Below the pieces are notes generated by a model, which made no database searches, had not been told where the DNA came from, and saw only the letters and a list, made by a program, of their open reading frames with translations. A DNA stretch of 64,000 bases from assembly GCF_009914755.1 (NCBI RefSeq), contig NC_060932.1; one strand, given 5' to 3'. Of the stretch, positions 31,591-48,984 are shown one piece after another; position 1 is the stretch's first letter; the number at the start of each line of letters is the position of its first letter. This stretch comes from the human T2T-CHM13v2.0 reference genome, Homo sapiens. A program made the translations under genes and the position numbers.

Positions 31591-31734
31591 CTAGGCAGAA
31601 ACCAGACCCTGCTCTCTTGGCTCAGAGACAAGTGCAGGGAAAATTGGTCACAACAGAATATAGGACTCAGATTTTAGTTGTTGTTAGGAGGCATAGGAGT
31701 GCTTCCCAAGTCACGGAGCCCTTTCTTATTTCCT

Positions 31735-31920
31735 TTTTATTTTTTTTTTGAGACAGGGCCTTGCTCTGTCACCCAGGCTGAAACACAGTGGCACCATCTT
31801 AGCTCACTGCAGCCTCAACCTTCTGTACTCAAGCGATCCTCCTACCTCAGCCTCCCAAAGTGCTGTGGGCTGGGCGTGGTGGCTCACACCTGTAATCTTG
31901 CTGTGAGCCACCATGCCTGG
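31735..31920 (-). mobile_element. Alu monomer containing an inverted Alu 5' segment
   Basis: Minus-strand arm with plus-oriented ggctgggcgtggtggctcacacctgtaatc at 31868-31897. Confidence 0.8.
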
Positions 31921-31929
31921 TCCACAGAG

Positions 31930-31931
<2 letters not shown>

Positions 31932-31960
<29 letters not shown>

Positions 31961-32241
31961 GAGATGGAGTCTCAGTCTGTCACCCAGTCTGGAGTAGAGT
32001 GGCACGGCCTCGGCTGACTGCAACCTCTGCCTTCTGGGTTCAAGCAATTCTCCTCTCTCAGCCTCCCAAGTAGCTGGGATTACAGGTGCCTGCCACCATA
32101 CCTGGCTAATTTTTGTATTTTTAGTAGAGACAAGGTTTTGCCATGTTGGCCAGGCTGGTCTTGAACTCCTGAACTGAAGTGATTCACCTGCCTCAGCCTC
32201 CCAAAGTGCTGGGATTACAGGCATGAGCCACTGTGCTTGAC
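31932..32241 (-). mobile_element. AluS
   Basis: TSD tccacagagc at 31921 and 32242. Confidence 0.92.
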
Positions 32242-32533
32242 TCCACAGAGCCTTTTCTACATGTAGGATATTATGCTTAAAGCTGGGAATAAAAAAAAAG
32301 GAAGATACTGATCTTTCCTTTGAGGAAGGACAGTATAAATATGCTTAAGCGATCCATCAATTCTAGAGGAAAAAAATATGCACAAACTGATTTGTGGATC
32401 AAAACTACCTCTTGAGATGCCGGGTCTCATACAACCCACATATTTCCTTTAATTACTGTTACCATCGCATTTTACAATTGTTTTGTGTCAAATGTTATAA
32501 ACTCAAGGGTCACTGAAGGTCATTGAAGTATAG

Positions 32534-32876
<343 letters not shown>

Positions 32877-33320
32877 GAGAATAAATTCATTTGAATTACT
32901 CTAAAATTTAGAAGGAAATGAAAGGAAATGGAAGAATCAGGTTTGTCTTGAAACTGAAGGAGAAATAGGATGGTTTAAAAATGAGGCTTTGGGTTTGACT
33001 TGAGAATGGAAATACTTGGGAAGTGAAAGGAAAACTAAGGAAAGGTTGTTAATTGAGCTGGAGGAAGGAAAGAATTTTCTTAGGAGACAAGCTGAGGTCT
33101 TACAAGTCAGGTCAGACAGATATGAAATATGTCATATCTGTGTTTCTTTACAGATGGGGCTTGGGAAGGGGGATCTTATTATGGTTAATAGATTGTTGTT
33201 TGAAGGGCAGCCCATTTATAAATGTCACTGTTCCCTGTCTGAATTCTGAACCAATTAGGTATGAAGGTGGTATGAACACAAGGCTCAAAGGGAAACTGGA
33301 CATTAAAAGGCTTTAAAATA

Positions 33321-33626
33321 GGCCGGGCTTGGGGGCTCATTACCTCTAATCCCAGTACTTTGGTAGGCCGAGGTGGGCAGATTGCCTGAGTTTAGGAGTT
33401 CAAGACCAGCCTGGCTAACATGGCGAAACCCTGTCTCTACTAAAAAATATAAAAATAGCTGGGTGTGATGGTGGGTGCCTGTAATCCCAGCTACTCGAGA
33501 GGCTGAGGCAGGGAGAATTGCTTGAACTCGGGAGGCAGAGGTTGCAGTGAGCTGAGATTGCGCCACTGCACTCCAGCCTAGGCAAGACAGCAAGGATCTG
33601 TCTCCGAGAAAAAAAAAAAAAAAAAA
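33321..33626 (+). mobile_element. AluS
   Basis: TSD aaaaggctttaaaata on both sides. Confidence 0.92.
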
Positions 33627-33801
33627 GGCTTTAAAATAGATAAGGTGGGCATTGCTGGGAGAGTGAAGTCTCAGAGAAGACCGGGAGACTTGGAGGCACC
33701 ACCTTAAAAATATCTGTATTTTGCTAGAAGGCAGAGATGTTTCAAACGTCCTTCTGGGAGAGGGTGCAGTATGTATAGGTGAATTATTTTACCTAGCAAA
33801 A

Positions 33802-33963
33802 GGTGTGCATCCCATCACAATTAGCTTTATTTTTTAATTTTTTTGTAGAGATAGGATCTCTCCATTTTGTCCAGACTGGTCTTGAACTCCTGGGCTCAAG
33901 TCATCCTCCTGCCTCAGCCTCCCAAAGTGCTGGCACTACAGATGTGAGCCACTGTGCCCGGCC
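33802..33963 (-). mobile_element. Partial Alu (left arm)
   Basis: Alu arm match. Confidence 0.8.
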
Positions 33964-36737
33964 ACAGTTAGCTTTTTTATGGTATATTTCTCCTAATGTG
34001 ATTCTGGATTGTGTTAAATACCAGATTTTGGGAAGATAATTTGTTTGGAGTAACTACGGTGGGGCTTGGTTATTTGTTTGTGTTCTCTACAGTTTGTGCC
34101 TGGGGTGGTAGGGCTTGCTGTCTTATTTTTCTATTTACTTTGATTCTTTGGATAAGTAGTTTAAGGGGAGAGACTTGAGTTTGGTTAATTCAACTTGGGA
34201 AGTGATGAAGGTGCTTATTTTGTGACATTTCAGGCTGTGTCTCCTGAAGCAGAGGCCTGACCCTCCCAGGCATCAATGTGAGACTCACTGTCTAAGGCTA
34301 AGCAGAATAAGAATTTTAGAGAGGGTGAAAATTTTGGGATTGATTTTTTTCAGCTATAATATATAAGAGGACTTATTTCTGGAGCCCGATTTCTCTCTAT
34401 CCATTTACTACTTGAAAGGCTTCATATTGTTTCAATTTGGTACATTCTGTTATATAGTTGCTAAAGAATTTGGGGATTTAAAAATGTCTTTTGTGTTCCT
34501 TGCACACTTTTTGGTGAGGTAGATTAGACCATGCAGCAAGGCATGATCTGAGATGGGAAAGAGGTGTAGGGTGTTTTGGCTCAGGGTGCAGTTTGGCCTT
34601 GAAGTTAATTTAGTAAACATTCAGTTTGGGCCATTTCAGAGCCTTTAAGTACACAAATCTCAACCACATGAGCCCAAGGAATCAGGGTTAGGTATGGATG
34701 GAGAGGTCGATTGAAAGAGGAAGCAAGAGTTCCTTGACATGCTGTGGGCTTCCTCCCCCGAGAGAGGAAGCCATGTTGAATTTGGTTGTTACGGTGCTGA
34801 GGTAAAAGAGGAGAGGCTGTGTGCGTGTATGTGTGTGCGTGTGTGTGTGCATCTGTGTATGCATGTGTGAATTGGGAGGTGCTACTGGTGGTAGTGGTGA
34901 AGGGAAGGCTTCTCCATTGTAATTTTTGCTGTTATGAAGGGAATTTCTCCTCCACCATTCCTGCTTTCAGGGAGGGGCTCATCTTGTTGGGATCAAGTGT
35001 TTCTGTCAGGAGAGGTTAAGTTACCCAGAGGTCACTGCTCAAGCATGGCATAGTTTCCTGTCCCCGGCTCCTACAGAGCTTTTTACTAAGCTTTGTCTTC
35101 TCAGTTTGGTGTCACAGGTTTCCCTGTTCTGCACTCTCCTGTGTTTTAACTTCTCAGTGTTATGTCTGTAGGTAGTTAAGTCAGGTCAGACCTCTCCTGG
35201 GGCCTTCAGGGCTCATGGAAAGGTTGTTATTCAAGCTGACAATTTGGTATTTGTGTGAGGAGACTCTTTCTGGAAAAATCCTGCATGGCCAGGGCATACG
35301 GTATTGGCCTTTTACATTTCTTTGCCTTATTATACACTTGACAGTCTTTTTTTCCCTGGAGAGAGAGACAGTCTTCACAGACTGTCATTTTTTGTTCTTA
35401 GAGCAAGACCTGAGCAATTTCATTCTGAAAAATAAATTTACTCAAGTTATAAGAAGAGAAAATAACAGAAGAATAAAATATACTCCAAATTCCTAAAGTC
35501 TTTTGCTCACTGAGGAATTATTACTCTGTAATATCACTGTTAGAGAAAGCTCAGGCAGGTTTAAGTGAGCCTAGTAAGAAGAGCTATAATTTCATCTCAT
35601 CCTCCTTATCCACTTGAATCTAAAAGGGGGTTGGGTAACTTTACTGTTGGGTAAGAAGAAACCATTCTCATCCTTGGGGCTTAGGTGGTGGACAAACCTC
35701 TCCGTTGGTCCTTCTTAAGATGGGTGGAGGGAGGTCTCCATCATCCAGACATATCGATGAAAAGAAAGACCCCCTCTCAGCAGAAGTTTGAGAAAGCAGC
35801 TTTTGTGATACCTGATTATTGCTTAATAATAATTTGAGTAGATATTAATCATTTGAGTACTAGATTTTGACTGATGCCTTTTAGAATTCTGATTTTTTTT
35901 ATTGCCATATATTTATATTAAAATGTACCAAAGGAAAGGGCATATCCTCTGATATTTGGCCAAGAAATCCCTCACATACCTTTATTATATAATTTTTCTT
36001 TATTAAATTTTAAAATTGGTCTGCAGTCAAGTTTATTGGTCTTCTCCTTATGGCTTCTGTATTTGTATTATGTTAAGAAAGGTCTTTTCCACTCTGATGC
36101 ACCTATGTGTGAGTCTGTGTGTGCATATGTACCGCACATACACACATGCATCTATCATCTACATTTTCACTTTTTTGGTTGATCTCATACATATTGTGAG
36201 AAATATTTTGTTCCCCCCCTTAAATTATACCTAGCTGCATTGTCTAATATGGTTAGACAGAAGGAACACAGATTGCACAAAGTTGATTGGATAGCAACCT
36301 AGAGAACAGAGTGAGGGATGCATATGGGAGAGGAATAGGGACAGAAAGATCATTTAGGGCTTTACTAATAGTGGCAAAAGAGAGGTATGGGGAAACTGGG
36401 GACAGTCTAGTGGCCCCTGGGCTGGATTCGTGCCGGTCAGATGGGAGCGCCGTGGGACAGGAAGATGTCTAGGTCATGGGGTGACCAGATGGTGGTGCCA
36501 TTTGCTGAGAGAGCAAACCCCAGTGAAGGAATGAGTTTTGGGGAAAAGATAATGAGCTTGGCGGATTTGAGCTCTGTGTGCTTACAAGGAATTGAGTGAG
36601 GGAACGATTGTTCGGGCAGCACCGGCAGTGGTGGGTGGAGGTTGGCGGTGGGTGAAGTTTGGCAGCAGGTGGAAGTTTTGGACAGACAGGCATCTGCTGA
36701 CACCCTCAGTGCATGGAGATGGCAGAAGTGAGGGAGG

Positions 36738-37096
36738 TGTATTATTAGTCTGTTCTCAAGCTGCTAATAAAGACATACCTGAGACTGGATAATTTATAAA
36801 GAAAAAAGGTTTAATGGACTCATAGTTCCACATGGCAGGGGAGACCTCAGTCACGGCGGAAGGGGAAAGGCACATCTTACATGGCAGCAGGCAAGAAAGA
36901 ATGAGAACCAAGTGAAATGGGTTTCCCCTTAAAAAATCAGATCTTGTGAGAATTATTCGCCACCACGAGAACAGTATGGGGGAAACTACCCTCATGATTC
37001 AATTATCTCCCATCGGGTTCCGCCCACAGCACATGGGAATTATGGCAGCTACAATTGGGGATGAGATTTGGGTGGGGACACAGCCAAGCCGTATCA
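36738..37096 (-). mobile_element. THE1 (MaLR) solo LTR
   Basis: THE1 consensus; 5-bp TSD ggagg at 36733-36737 and 37097-37101. Confidence 0.92.
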
Positions 37097-37371
37097 GGAG
37101 GGTTTGGGGCCGAAAGGGAAACCTAAAATTTGGCACTGAGTCTCTCTCCACCGACATCTCTATCCGTTAAACCCCACTCTCCATCTGCTTTCTCTCTTCT
37201 GCTCAACAAAGTCAAAGGTAAATGTACTTTGGGATTAAAGGAACTGTTTTCCAGAAATGATTTCTTGTCTTGGAGCTGGAAGTTGCAATTAGCAGACACA
37301 AGGAGAAATGGCTCTGGGAAAATCAGGCTTAACTATCATGCCCTAACCTCGTACCGTACCCTATGTGTGTC

Positions 37372-37402
37372 TGCAGTTTCTATGTTCACCACTGGAGGGC
37401 AG
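37372..37402 (+). promoter_or_regulatory. Candidate CTCF site with upstream motif
   Basis: TGCAGTTTC followed by core CCACTGGAGGGCAG at 37389-37402 (one mismatch to CCACTAGAGGGCAG). Confidence 0.5.
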
Positions 37403-38919
37403 GCTCAATTCACAAATGCGCAAACCAACTCACCAGACGTTTCCTTCTCTGACATTGTTATCAAAAGGAAGCAATATAACAAGGAAACAGAATAGAAAAA
37501 TATATTCTATAAATATGTAAATATATAATAGAATATAAAAAGGAGGAAATAGAAGCAAATATTAGCCTCTATGCATAAATGAGAGGATGGAAACGTAAAA
37601 AGAATTACCCTTTGTTTTGAATAATCAGTTTGGGCATTTACTGTGTGATGTGTGTCTTACACAAGCTTAGTGCCTTTTTATGCCCTCCCCCTCCAGGACA
37701 CTTGATTTGAGATTTCAGTCAATAAAGCTTCATTTAGACAACCAGGTGCCAAATAACTACAGTGATCAAATTTTGTTCCTTAATTAGGCAAGTTGCTTTT
37801 TCCCCTGAGAGCCCCGTATCTAATGTGCCCCTTAGTCTGGAGTGAGGTGAGACAGAGGTGGAAGAGGGGGCAGGTTCTCAAGGCAGGAGTCTCAGATTCC
37901 TCGTTATAAAATGAGCTAATTCGTAATTCCGGAGGTTGCTCTGGCGCGTGAGGATGAAAGGTTGTGTGCATTGAATGCCTGACTCTCAGTAAGGGCAAAT
38001 CATGCTGAAGGTGATGATGATGTCTCTAAAGCAGAACGAGAAGAGAAGATGCCAGCATTCTGGAAGGCTGATATTTTCCAATGTAGCTCGGAACACCCAA
38101 CATTTCTCTGTTTAGAAAAATTTCTAGAAGTTGTACCAGTGTAGAAAACAGCACAGGCCTAAGTTGTGTCCAAGGGCAGAGTAACAGGGTTTTGTTTTGG
38201 TGAATGTTTCAGGATTATTTCAATGATACTGGGGGAGTTGAAGCCCTAACACAGAAGACTAGATAATATTTTTTTTCTCATTATTCCCAATTGTCCTGAA
38301 AAGAAACAAAACAAAACTTCTGTTATGTATAATAAGTATTCTTATTTAGAAAATTATTAGACAGCCAATTGCAGAGAGCCAGAGAAATGTGAGTTGACAA
38401 TCGATGGCAAAACTTCTGGAATCTTTCTTATCAATTTCTACCTATCTTTGCCTAAAATTCCCTAACTAACAGGGGGAGAGGCTGTTTATTCCACAGTTTG
38501 GAAATGAGGCTTAAAATTGAATATCTCTAGAAAGGTGAAGTATTGTCTTAAGTGTATACCAAGGTGTAAAAGACGGATTATTTAAAATTTTAATTTTTTA
38601 CGGGTGGGGTTTCACTCTGTTGCCCAGGCTACAGTGCAGTGGTGCAAGCATAGCTCACTGCAGCCTTGAACTCCTGGGCTCAAGTGATCTTCCCTCAGCT
38701 TTCTGAGTAGCTGGGATTAGATGAGTTGTTTTGCATGTAGGTGCTTCAAGGAAATGAGTCTGGGATGGGGTAAGATAAAAGGCTAAATGTGAGGAAGGAT
38801 GTGGAGAAAGGCGGGAGACATAGGACAAACTCTCACCTTTGTAATTAGCAAGTCCAGGTCTGCTTAGTAGCCTCCAGATTTTGGTTTTTATTTTTTTTCT
38901 CACTTACAAAAGGAAGACT

Positions 38920-39360
38920 CTAAACATGGAAATAATTCAGACTTTGACTTTAGGGAGATCAGAATTTGAGGTCTGATTTTGGCACTCACATCTTTGGGGA
39001 AGGTGCTGTCTTCTTAACTGTAACATAGCCCTGCTGTCTACACATGGAGCTGTCTGGAGGCATGAATGAAATGATGCCATCAAGCCTTTAGACTTGTGAG
39101 GCACAGAGCTGGTGCTTGGGATTATTTGGTAGGGATCTGGCATCAGATTTAAGAATGCAACCTCTGGGGTCAGACAAATGCAGGCTAAATCCAGCAAAGT
39201 CACTCACTAGCTGGTATTTTTGGACAACTTACTTTATGAGTTTCCTCACCTACAAGCTGCTGACGATCATGATTTACCTCCTGTTGTTGCTGGGAGGCTA
39301 CAACAAGCTTGCATCAAGCTCTATGCCCAGTGCAGACTGCTTAGTAGGAGCTCCATAACC
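38920..39360 (+). mobile_element. MIR SINE fragments
   Basis: MIR core-like 'ctctggggtcagac...tcactcactagctg...ttggacaacttac...gtttcctcacct'. Confidence 0.6.
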
Positions 39361-40176
39361 GGCAGCTGATACTGTCGCCCATTATGCCTGGGACACTGCT
39401 CGGCCCTGGGGAGGAAGCGGTGGGTGGGCGGCTGCAGGAGCTCTCCTGAGCTCAATCCTCTGCCCTTGCTTTGATGCTATCCCCCTCTCACTTAGATTTG
39501 AGTAAGCATTTATGTATTTCTGCAAAAATATCGAATGCAACATTTCTCAATTTTTCCAAACCCACGAGTCCTTTTGAGGAATGTATTTTTAAAAAAATCC
39601 CTCACATTCTTTTCTAGAGTTTGATTCCCTGACCCCCTGCCCATTCCCCACTCCCTGGGCATTGCTTTGAGGGGAACGTTTCCCATCCAAAGGCTAGTCA
39701 TTGCCGAAGGCACGACTTCCCAGCCCTGTGACAAGGCACTTTGGGACTTGTGGTGGCTGTTAAGGGTGGAAAGAAAACGATCCTCTCAGCAAACTCTGAG
39801 CAACTGAATGGGATCTGGGGAAGCTGGAGCAGCTTTCTCCATTCTGTTACTCAAATATTATTTTCCGTATTTTTCATGATGAGACAAATGGTGGGGAACA
39901 CTGGTCTAAATAACAAAGTCCAAGCTCTTTAGTCTGAAGGCAAAATCCCCCATAACTAAGCTCTGGTTAAATTGTGTAGCCTCCCCTCCCCTCCCCTCCC
40001 ATTCCCTCCCTTTCCCTTCCCTGGCAGTCCCACTCTGTTCAAGAAATTCTTCTGCCTCAGGTTCCTAAGTAGTTGGGACTACAGGCACATGCCACCATGC
40101 CCGTCCAATTTTTGTATTTTTAGTAGAGTCGTGTTTTCTCCATGTTGCCCATCTTTTTGCTGCTGTTTGAGAAAGG

Positions 40177-40960
40177 TGTAGGGAAGACCTTTCTCAAACT
40201 GTGTCTTCCTTTGCTCTCACACCACTACCACAACAATCATCAAAATAGAAGACGACTTCCATGACCCAAATGTCGGGGAGTTTTTCCCCACACATCATGC
40301 AGTGGACACCAGCTAGGCGTCCTCCAATTCAACACAGGTCGGGAGCTCACTGGTTGGAAACTCAGTCCCCAAGACTGCCCCCCACCACCTCCCAGACACC
40401 AGTTACAAGTCCAGGCCTCCAGAACTTCTGACCAACCAGCTCAAAGTTGGGGTTCCCATGACCCTTCTTTGGGTTCAATTAATCTGCTGCTGTGGCTCAC
40501 AGAACTCAGGGAAACACTTATTTAGGTTTACCAATTTTTAACATGACAAAGGATATAGATGAAGAGATGTCTGGGGTGAGGTATGGGGAAAGGAACGTGG
40601 AGCTTCCATGCCCTCCCTGGGCACTACCCTCCAGGAATCTACATGTGTTCAGCTGTCCGGAAGCTCTCCAAACCCAGTCCTCTTGGATTTTTATGGAAGC
40701 TTCATGGTGTCAGCATTCTTTCCCCTGGGGTATGAGGAAGGACCCTCTCAGGGAAGGGTCTTAAGACCCATAATCAGAAAGGTGGGGGAAGATTAGAGTC
40801 CTGCCTTGGGGCAGGTGAAAAGAAGGCAGGAGAAGGCCCAAGAGATTCCTGAGGTCTGCCCCTGAGGCCTAATACACTCAACATAATAACAAAAGACTGT
40901 AACAAGGGATATGGGAGTTCTGAACCAGGAACTGTGGACAAAACCCTGTATCTTATAACA
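40177..40960 (-). mobile_element. MER21-family LTR
   Basis: 'gtggctcacagaactcagggaaacactta', 'ggaagctctccaaacccagtcctcttgg'. Confidence 0.82.
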
Positions 40961-41106
40961 GCATGGCTCCCCATAGAATGCTTATTTTTCATCCACACTG
41001 AACTCTGCTGTTTTATAAGCAATAGAACCATATTTCTTTTTACCTTCTAGTATTTGAATTTGCTGTTCTCTCTATCCACAATCCTTCCCTTGACTTATTT
41101 TCTGGT

Positions 41107-41880
41107 TGTATTAGGGTTCTCCAGAGAAACAGAACCACTAGGATGTGTGTCTTAGCACATTTGTGCTGCTATAACAAAATACCTAAGACTGGGTAATTCA
41201 TAAAGAACAGACATTTATTTCTCACAGTTCTGGAGGCTGGGAAGTTCCAAGATCAAGGCACCAACACATTTGATGTCTGGTGAGGGCTGCTCTCTGCTCT
41301 CAAAGTGATGCCTTGCTGCTGCATCCTCCGGAAGGGACGAATGCCATGTCATCACATGGTGGAAAGGACAGAAGAGCAAAAGGACCAAACAGCTCCCTTG
41401 CACCTCTTCTATAATATCATTAATCTCATTCCTGAGGGCTCTGTCCCACCTCTTAATACTATCACATTGGTGATTAAGTTTCAACTTCTGCATTTTGGGA
41501 GGAAGCAATCAGGCTATAGCAATGTGTGTATATAGAAAGCTGTATTTTAAAGAAGTGGCTCATGCGATTGTGAAGACTTGCAAGTCCAAAATCTGCAGCA
41601 CAGGCTGGAGATCCAAGGAAGAGCTGATTTTGCCATCTGAAGGCCATCTGCTGCAGAATTCTCTCTTGTTTGAGGGAGTCAGTCTTGTTCTATTCAGGCC
41701 TTCAAATGATTGGATAATGCCCCTCCACATTAGGGAGGATAATCTCCTTTACTCAATGTCCACTGATTTACATACTAATTGCTTAAAAAACACACAGCCA
41801 CAGAAACATCCAGAATAATGTTTGGCCATTTATCTGGACACTGTAGCCCAGCCAAGCTGACACATAAATTAACCATCATA
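41107..41880 (-). mobile_element. MLT2 (ERVL) LTR with an MST LTR nested at 41148-41521
   Basis: Outer TSD ctggt at 41102-41106 and 41881-41885; inner TSD atgtg at 41143-41147 and 41522-41526. Confidence 0.88.
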
Positions 41881-41958
41881 CTGGTGAAATCTCATATTCA
41901 TTCTACAAGTTCCCCATAAAAAATTCATTCCCTAGAAGGTCTTTCCCAGTCATGGCCC

Positions 41959-42325
41959 TTGTGGTTGGCAGCATTTCAAGGTGACCCCCAGTGACCCATG
42001 ATCTTGTATAATCTCTTCCTCTTGAGTGCAGGCAAATCTACGAATATGACGTGATATCACTCCTTTGATTATGTTACATTGTATGGAAAAGGTAGAAGAA
42101 TTTTGCAGATGTAATTGAGGTTCCTAATCAGTTGACTTTGAGTTAATCAAAAGGGAGATTGTTCTGAGTGGGTCTGCACTAATTAGGTAGCCTTTAAAAG
42201 AGAACAGTAGCAGCTGACACTCTCCTGTTGACATTGAACATGCAAACAACCTAGTTGTGAGCTTTCTGTGTAGTAAAGAAATGTGGAGAGAAGAATGTGC
42301 AGTGGCTTTTAAAGAGGAAGATGCC
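41959..42325 (+). mobile_element. MLT1E/F-like LTR (partial)
   Basis: 'ttttgcagatgtaattgaggttcctaatcagttgactttgagttaatcaaaagggag'. Confidence 0.75.
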
Positions 42326-42919
42326 AAACGCTTCATAGAAATAAAGTACAACAAGGGATGAGAAATACCAGTTTTATAATCTAGCAAATGGGGTCTGGGC
42401 ACATCTTGTAGAATGGCATGAATGAAATTAGATTGCATTGATGTGATAGCAAATGTAAGATAATGAAATAGATAAGGCAAACACAGATAGGTCTTTCATG
42501 AAGCTGTATGGGGGAAGGAGAATAAGAGGAAGACCTAAGACCATAGTCTGTTTTTCCTAATTGATAAGTGTAGATGCTATTGGGAAAAACAAAACAGTGG
42601 GAAAAGATGCGAGGAGGAGACCAGGGCATGGCATGAAGTTCCCAAGGAGGCAACCTTGAATACAGAGAGAGCAGTTTTTTTTTTTTTTTGAGCAAGCATC
42701 GTCTAGTTCTTCCACTGTCCCTGGAGAGGAAGCTGGATTAGGTTTAGAGGCAGAAGAGTTTGGCAGGGAGAGTGATAGATCAGGCAGCCAGAAAGTCGAA
42801 GCATTCCTACCAATGCCCTCTCTTTTCTCTGTGAAGTAGCATCCAAAATCATCTACTCACAATGAGATGGTGGGTGTTCAGGCAGGTTGGGGAAGAATGA
42901 GGAATTTAAGAAACAAACT

Positions 42920-47000
<4,081 letters not shown>

Positions 47001-47130
47001 TTTCTCAGGTCATGATGATTTACTTTTGCTTCTGGAAGATATGCAGGATGGGCTGATTACCTTAATCCAGTTAGATACTGAGATGTTTCAAAGCTCAGCA
47101 TCAATCTTCGTGAGGACTGGCTTTTACTGA

Positions 47131-47453
<323 letters not shown>

Positions 47454-48214
47454 AGGGATTTTCTTTGGCAGTAAAGTTCCCTTCAGGATTAAATGGCCTG
47501 TATGGGGTTATATGCTAATTTCTGACACAATCATGTTGGCCCAAGGAATGCTATTTATACAGTGGCTTAGGTCTGGTTTACCTTAACCAGTTAACTGTAA
47601 AGGGACTACCTTGATTAGGTTCAAATAACCAGGCTCTCTCCCTGTAAGTGGACTTAATATACCTTTCCAATAATTATATGATGGATACATGAAGCTGAGG
47701 AGGGGGAAAAGATTCAGGGAAAGATCCAGAGTTTACTACACATGCTGACTGTAAAGGACATGAAATCAAGACTTGGGAAATCTGAGTTCCAGGTTTGACT
47801 TTACCTCTGATTTTAAAATATAGTCTTCTCTTGACAAGACATATCCTGTCTCTACACTTGAAAGTCTCAGTATAGCAGGGGAGTAGAATTACATTGGTGA
47901 CTTTCAAATGATTTTTAGGCACAGATGTGCTTTTATATTTACTGTGGACCAAGTGGAACTCCATTTTTTACTTCAGCAGAATGGCCTAATTGTTATCTGT
48001 GGTTCTATGTAGGATTTCACTTGATTAGAGAATACCTCAGCTAAAGAAATATTTTAAAACTAGTAGATCAAATGATTTTAAATATCTTCAGTTTTATCCT
48101 TTTAAAGATGGAAATTAGTAGACCAAATGTATTTCTCTGCTTATTTTTGAGGTTTTGGGAAGAAAAACCTACTAACCTTTAATCTCTACTCTGGTTAACC
48201 TCTTTAATAAAAAA

Positions 48215-48795
48215 GCAATAGCTAAGATTTGGAAGCAACCTAAGTGTCCATCAACAGATGTGTGGATAAAGAAAATGTGATACATATACACAATGGAGTA
48301 CTATTCAGGCATAAAAAATGAATGAGATCCAGTCATTTGCAACAACATGGATGGAACTGGAAATCATTAAGTGAAATAAGTCAGGCACAGAAAGACAAAC
48401 GTCGCATGTTCTCATTTATTTGTGGGATCTGAAAATCAGAACAATTGAACTTGTGGATATAGAAAGTAGGATAGTTACCAGAGGCTGGAAGGATAGTAAG
48501 GGCTGTTGGGGAGGTGGGAATGGTTAATGGGTACAAAAAATTAGAAAGAATGAATAAGACCTATCTGATAGCACATCAGGGTGACTATAGTGAATAATAG
48601 CTATACATTTAAAAATAACCTAAAGAGTGTAATGGGATTATTTGCAACTCATAGGGTAAATGCTTGGGGGGATGGATGCCCCATTCTTCATGATGTGTTT
48701 ATTTCACATTGCATGCCTGTATCAAAACATCTCATGTACCCCATAAATATATACACCTATGTACCCAAGAAAATACAAAATAAAAAATTTTAGAA
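48215..48795 (+). mobile_element. L1MA-type 3' end
   Basis: 'ggaagcaacctaagtgtccatcaac...catgtaccccataaatatatacacct' plus A tail. Confidence 0.88.
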
Positions 48796-48984
48796 AAGCC
48801 AATGACCACAGATGTTATTTTTTTGAGGAGAAAAACATAAGATTAGAAACTTTACAGTGGTACTCTATAGTATGTCCAGATTTGCTAGAAATATGACATT
48901 ATAAATGAAATAAAAAATAATGAAATTTCTTTACATTATAAAACTATACAATATTAGAGCTTAGCTGATTTTTTTGGAAGGTAT

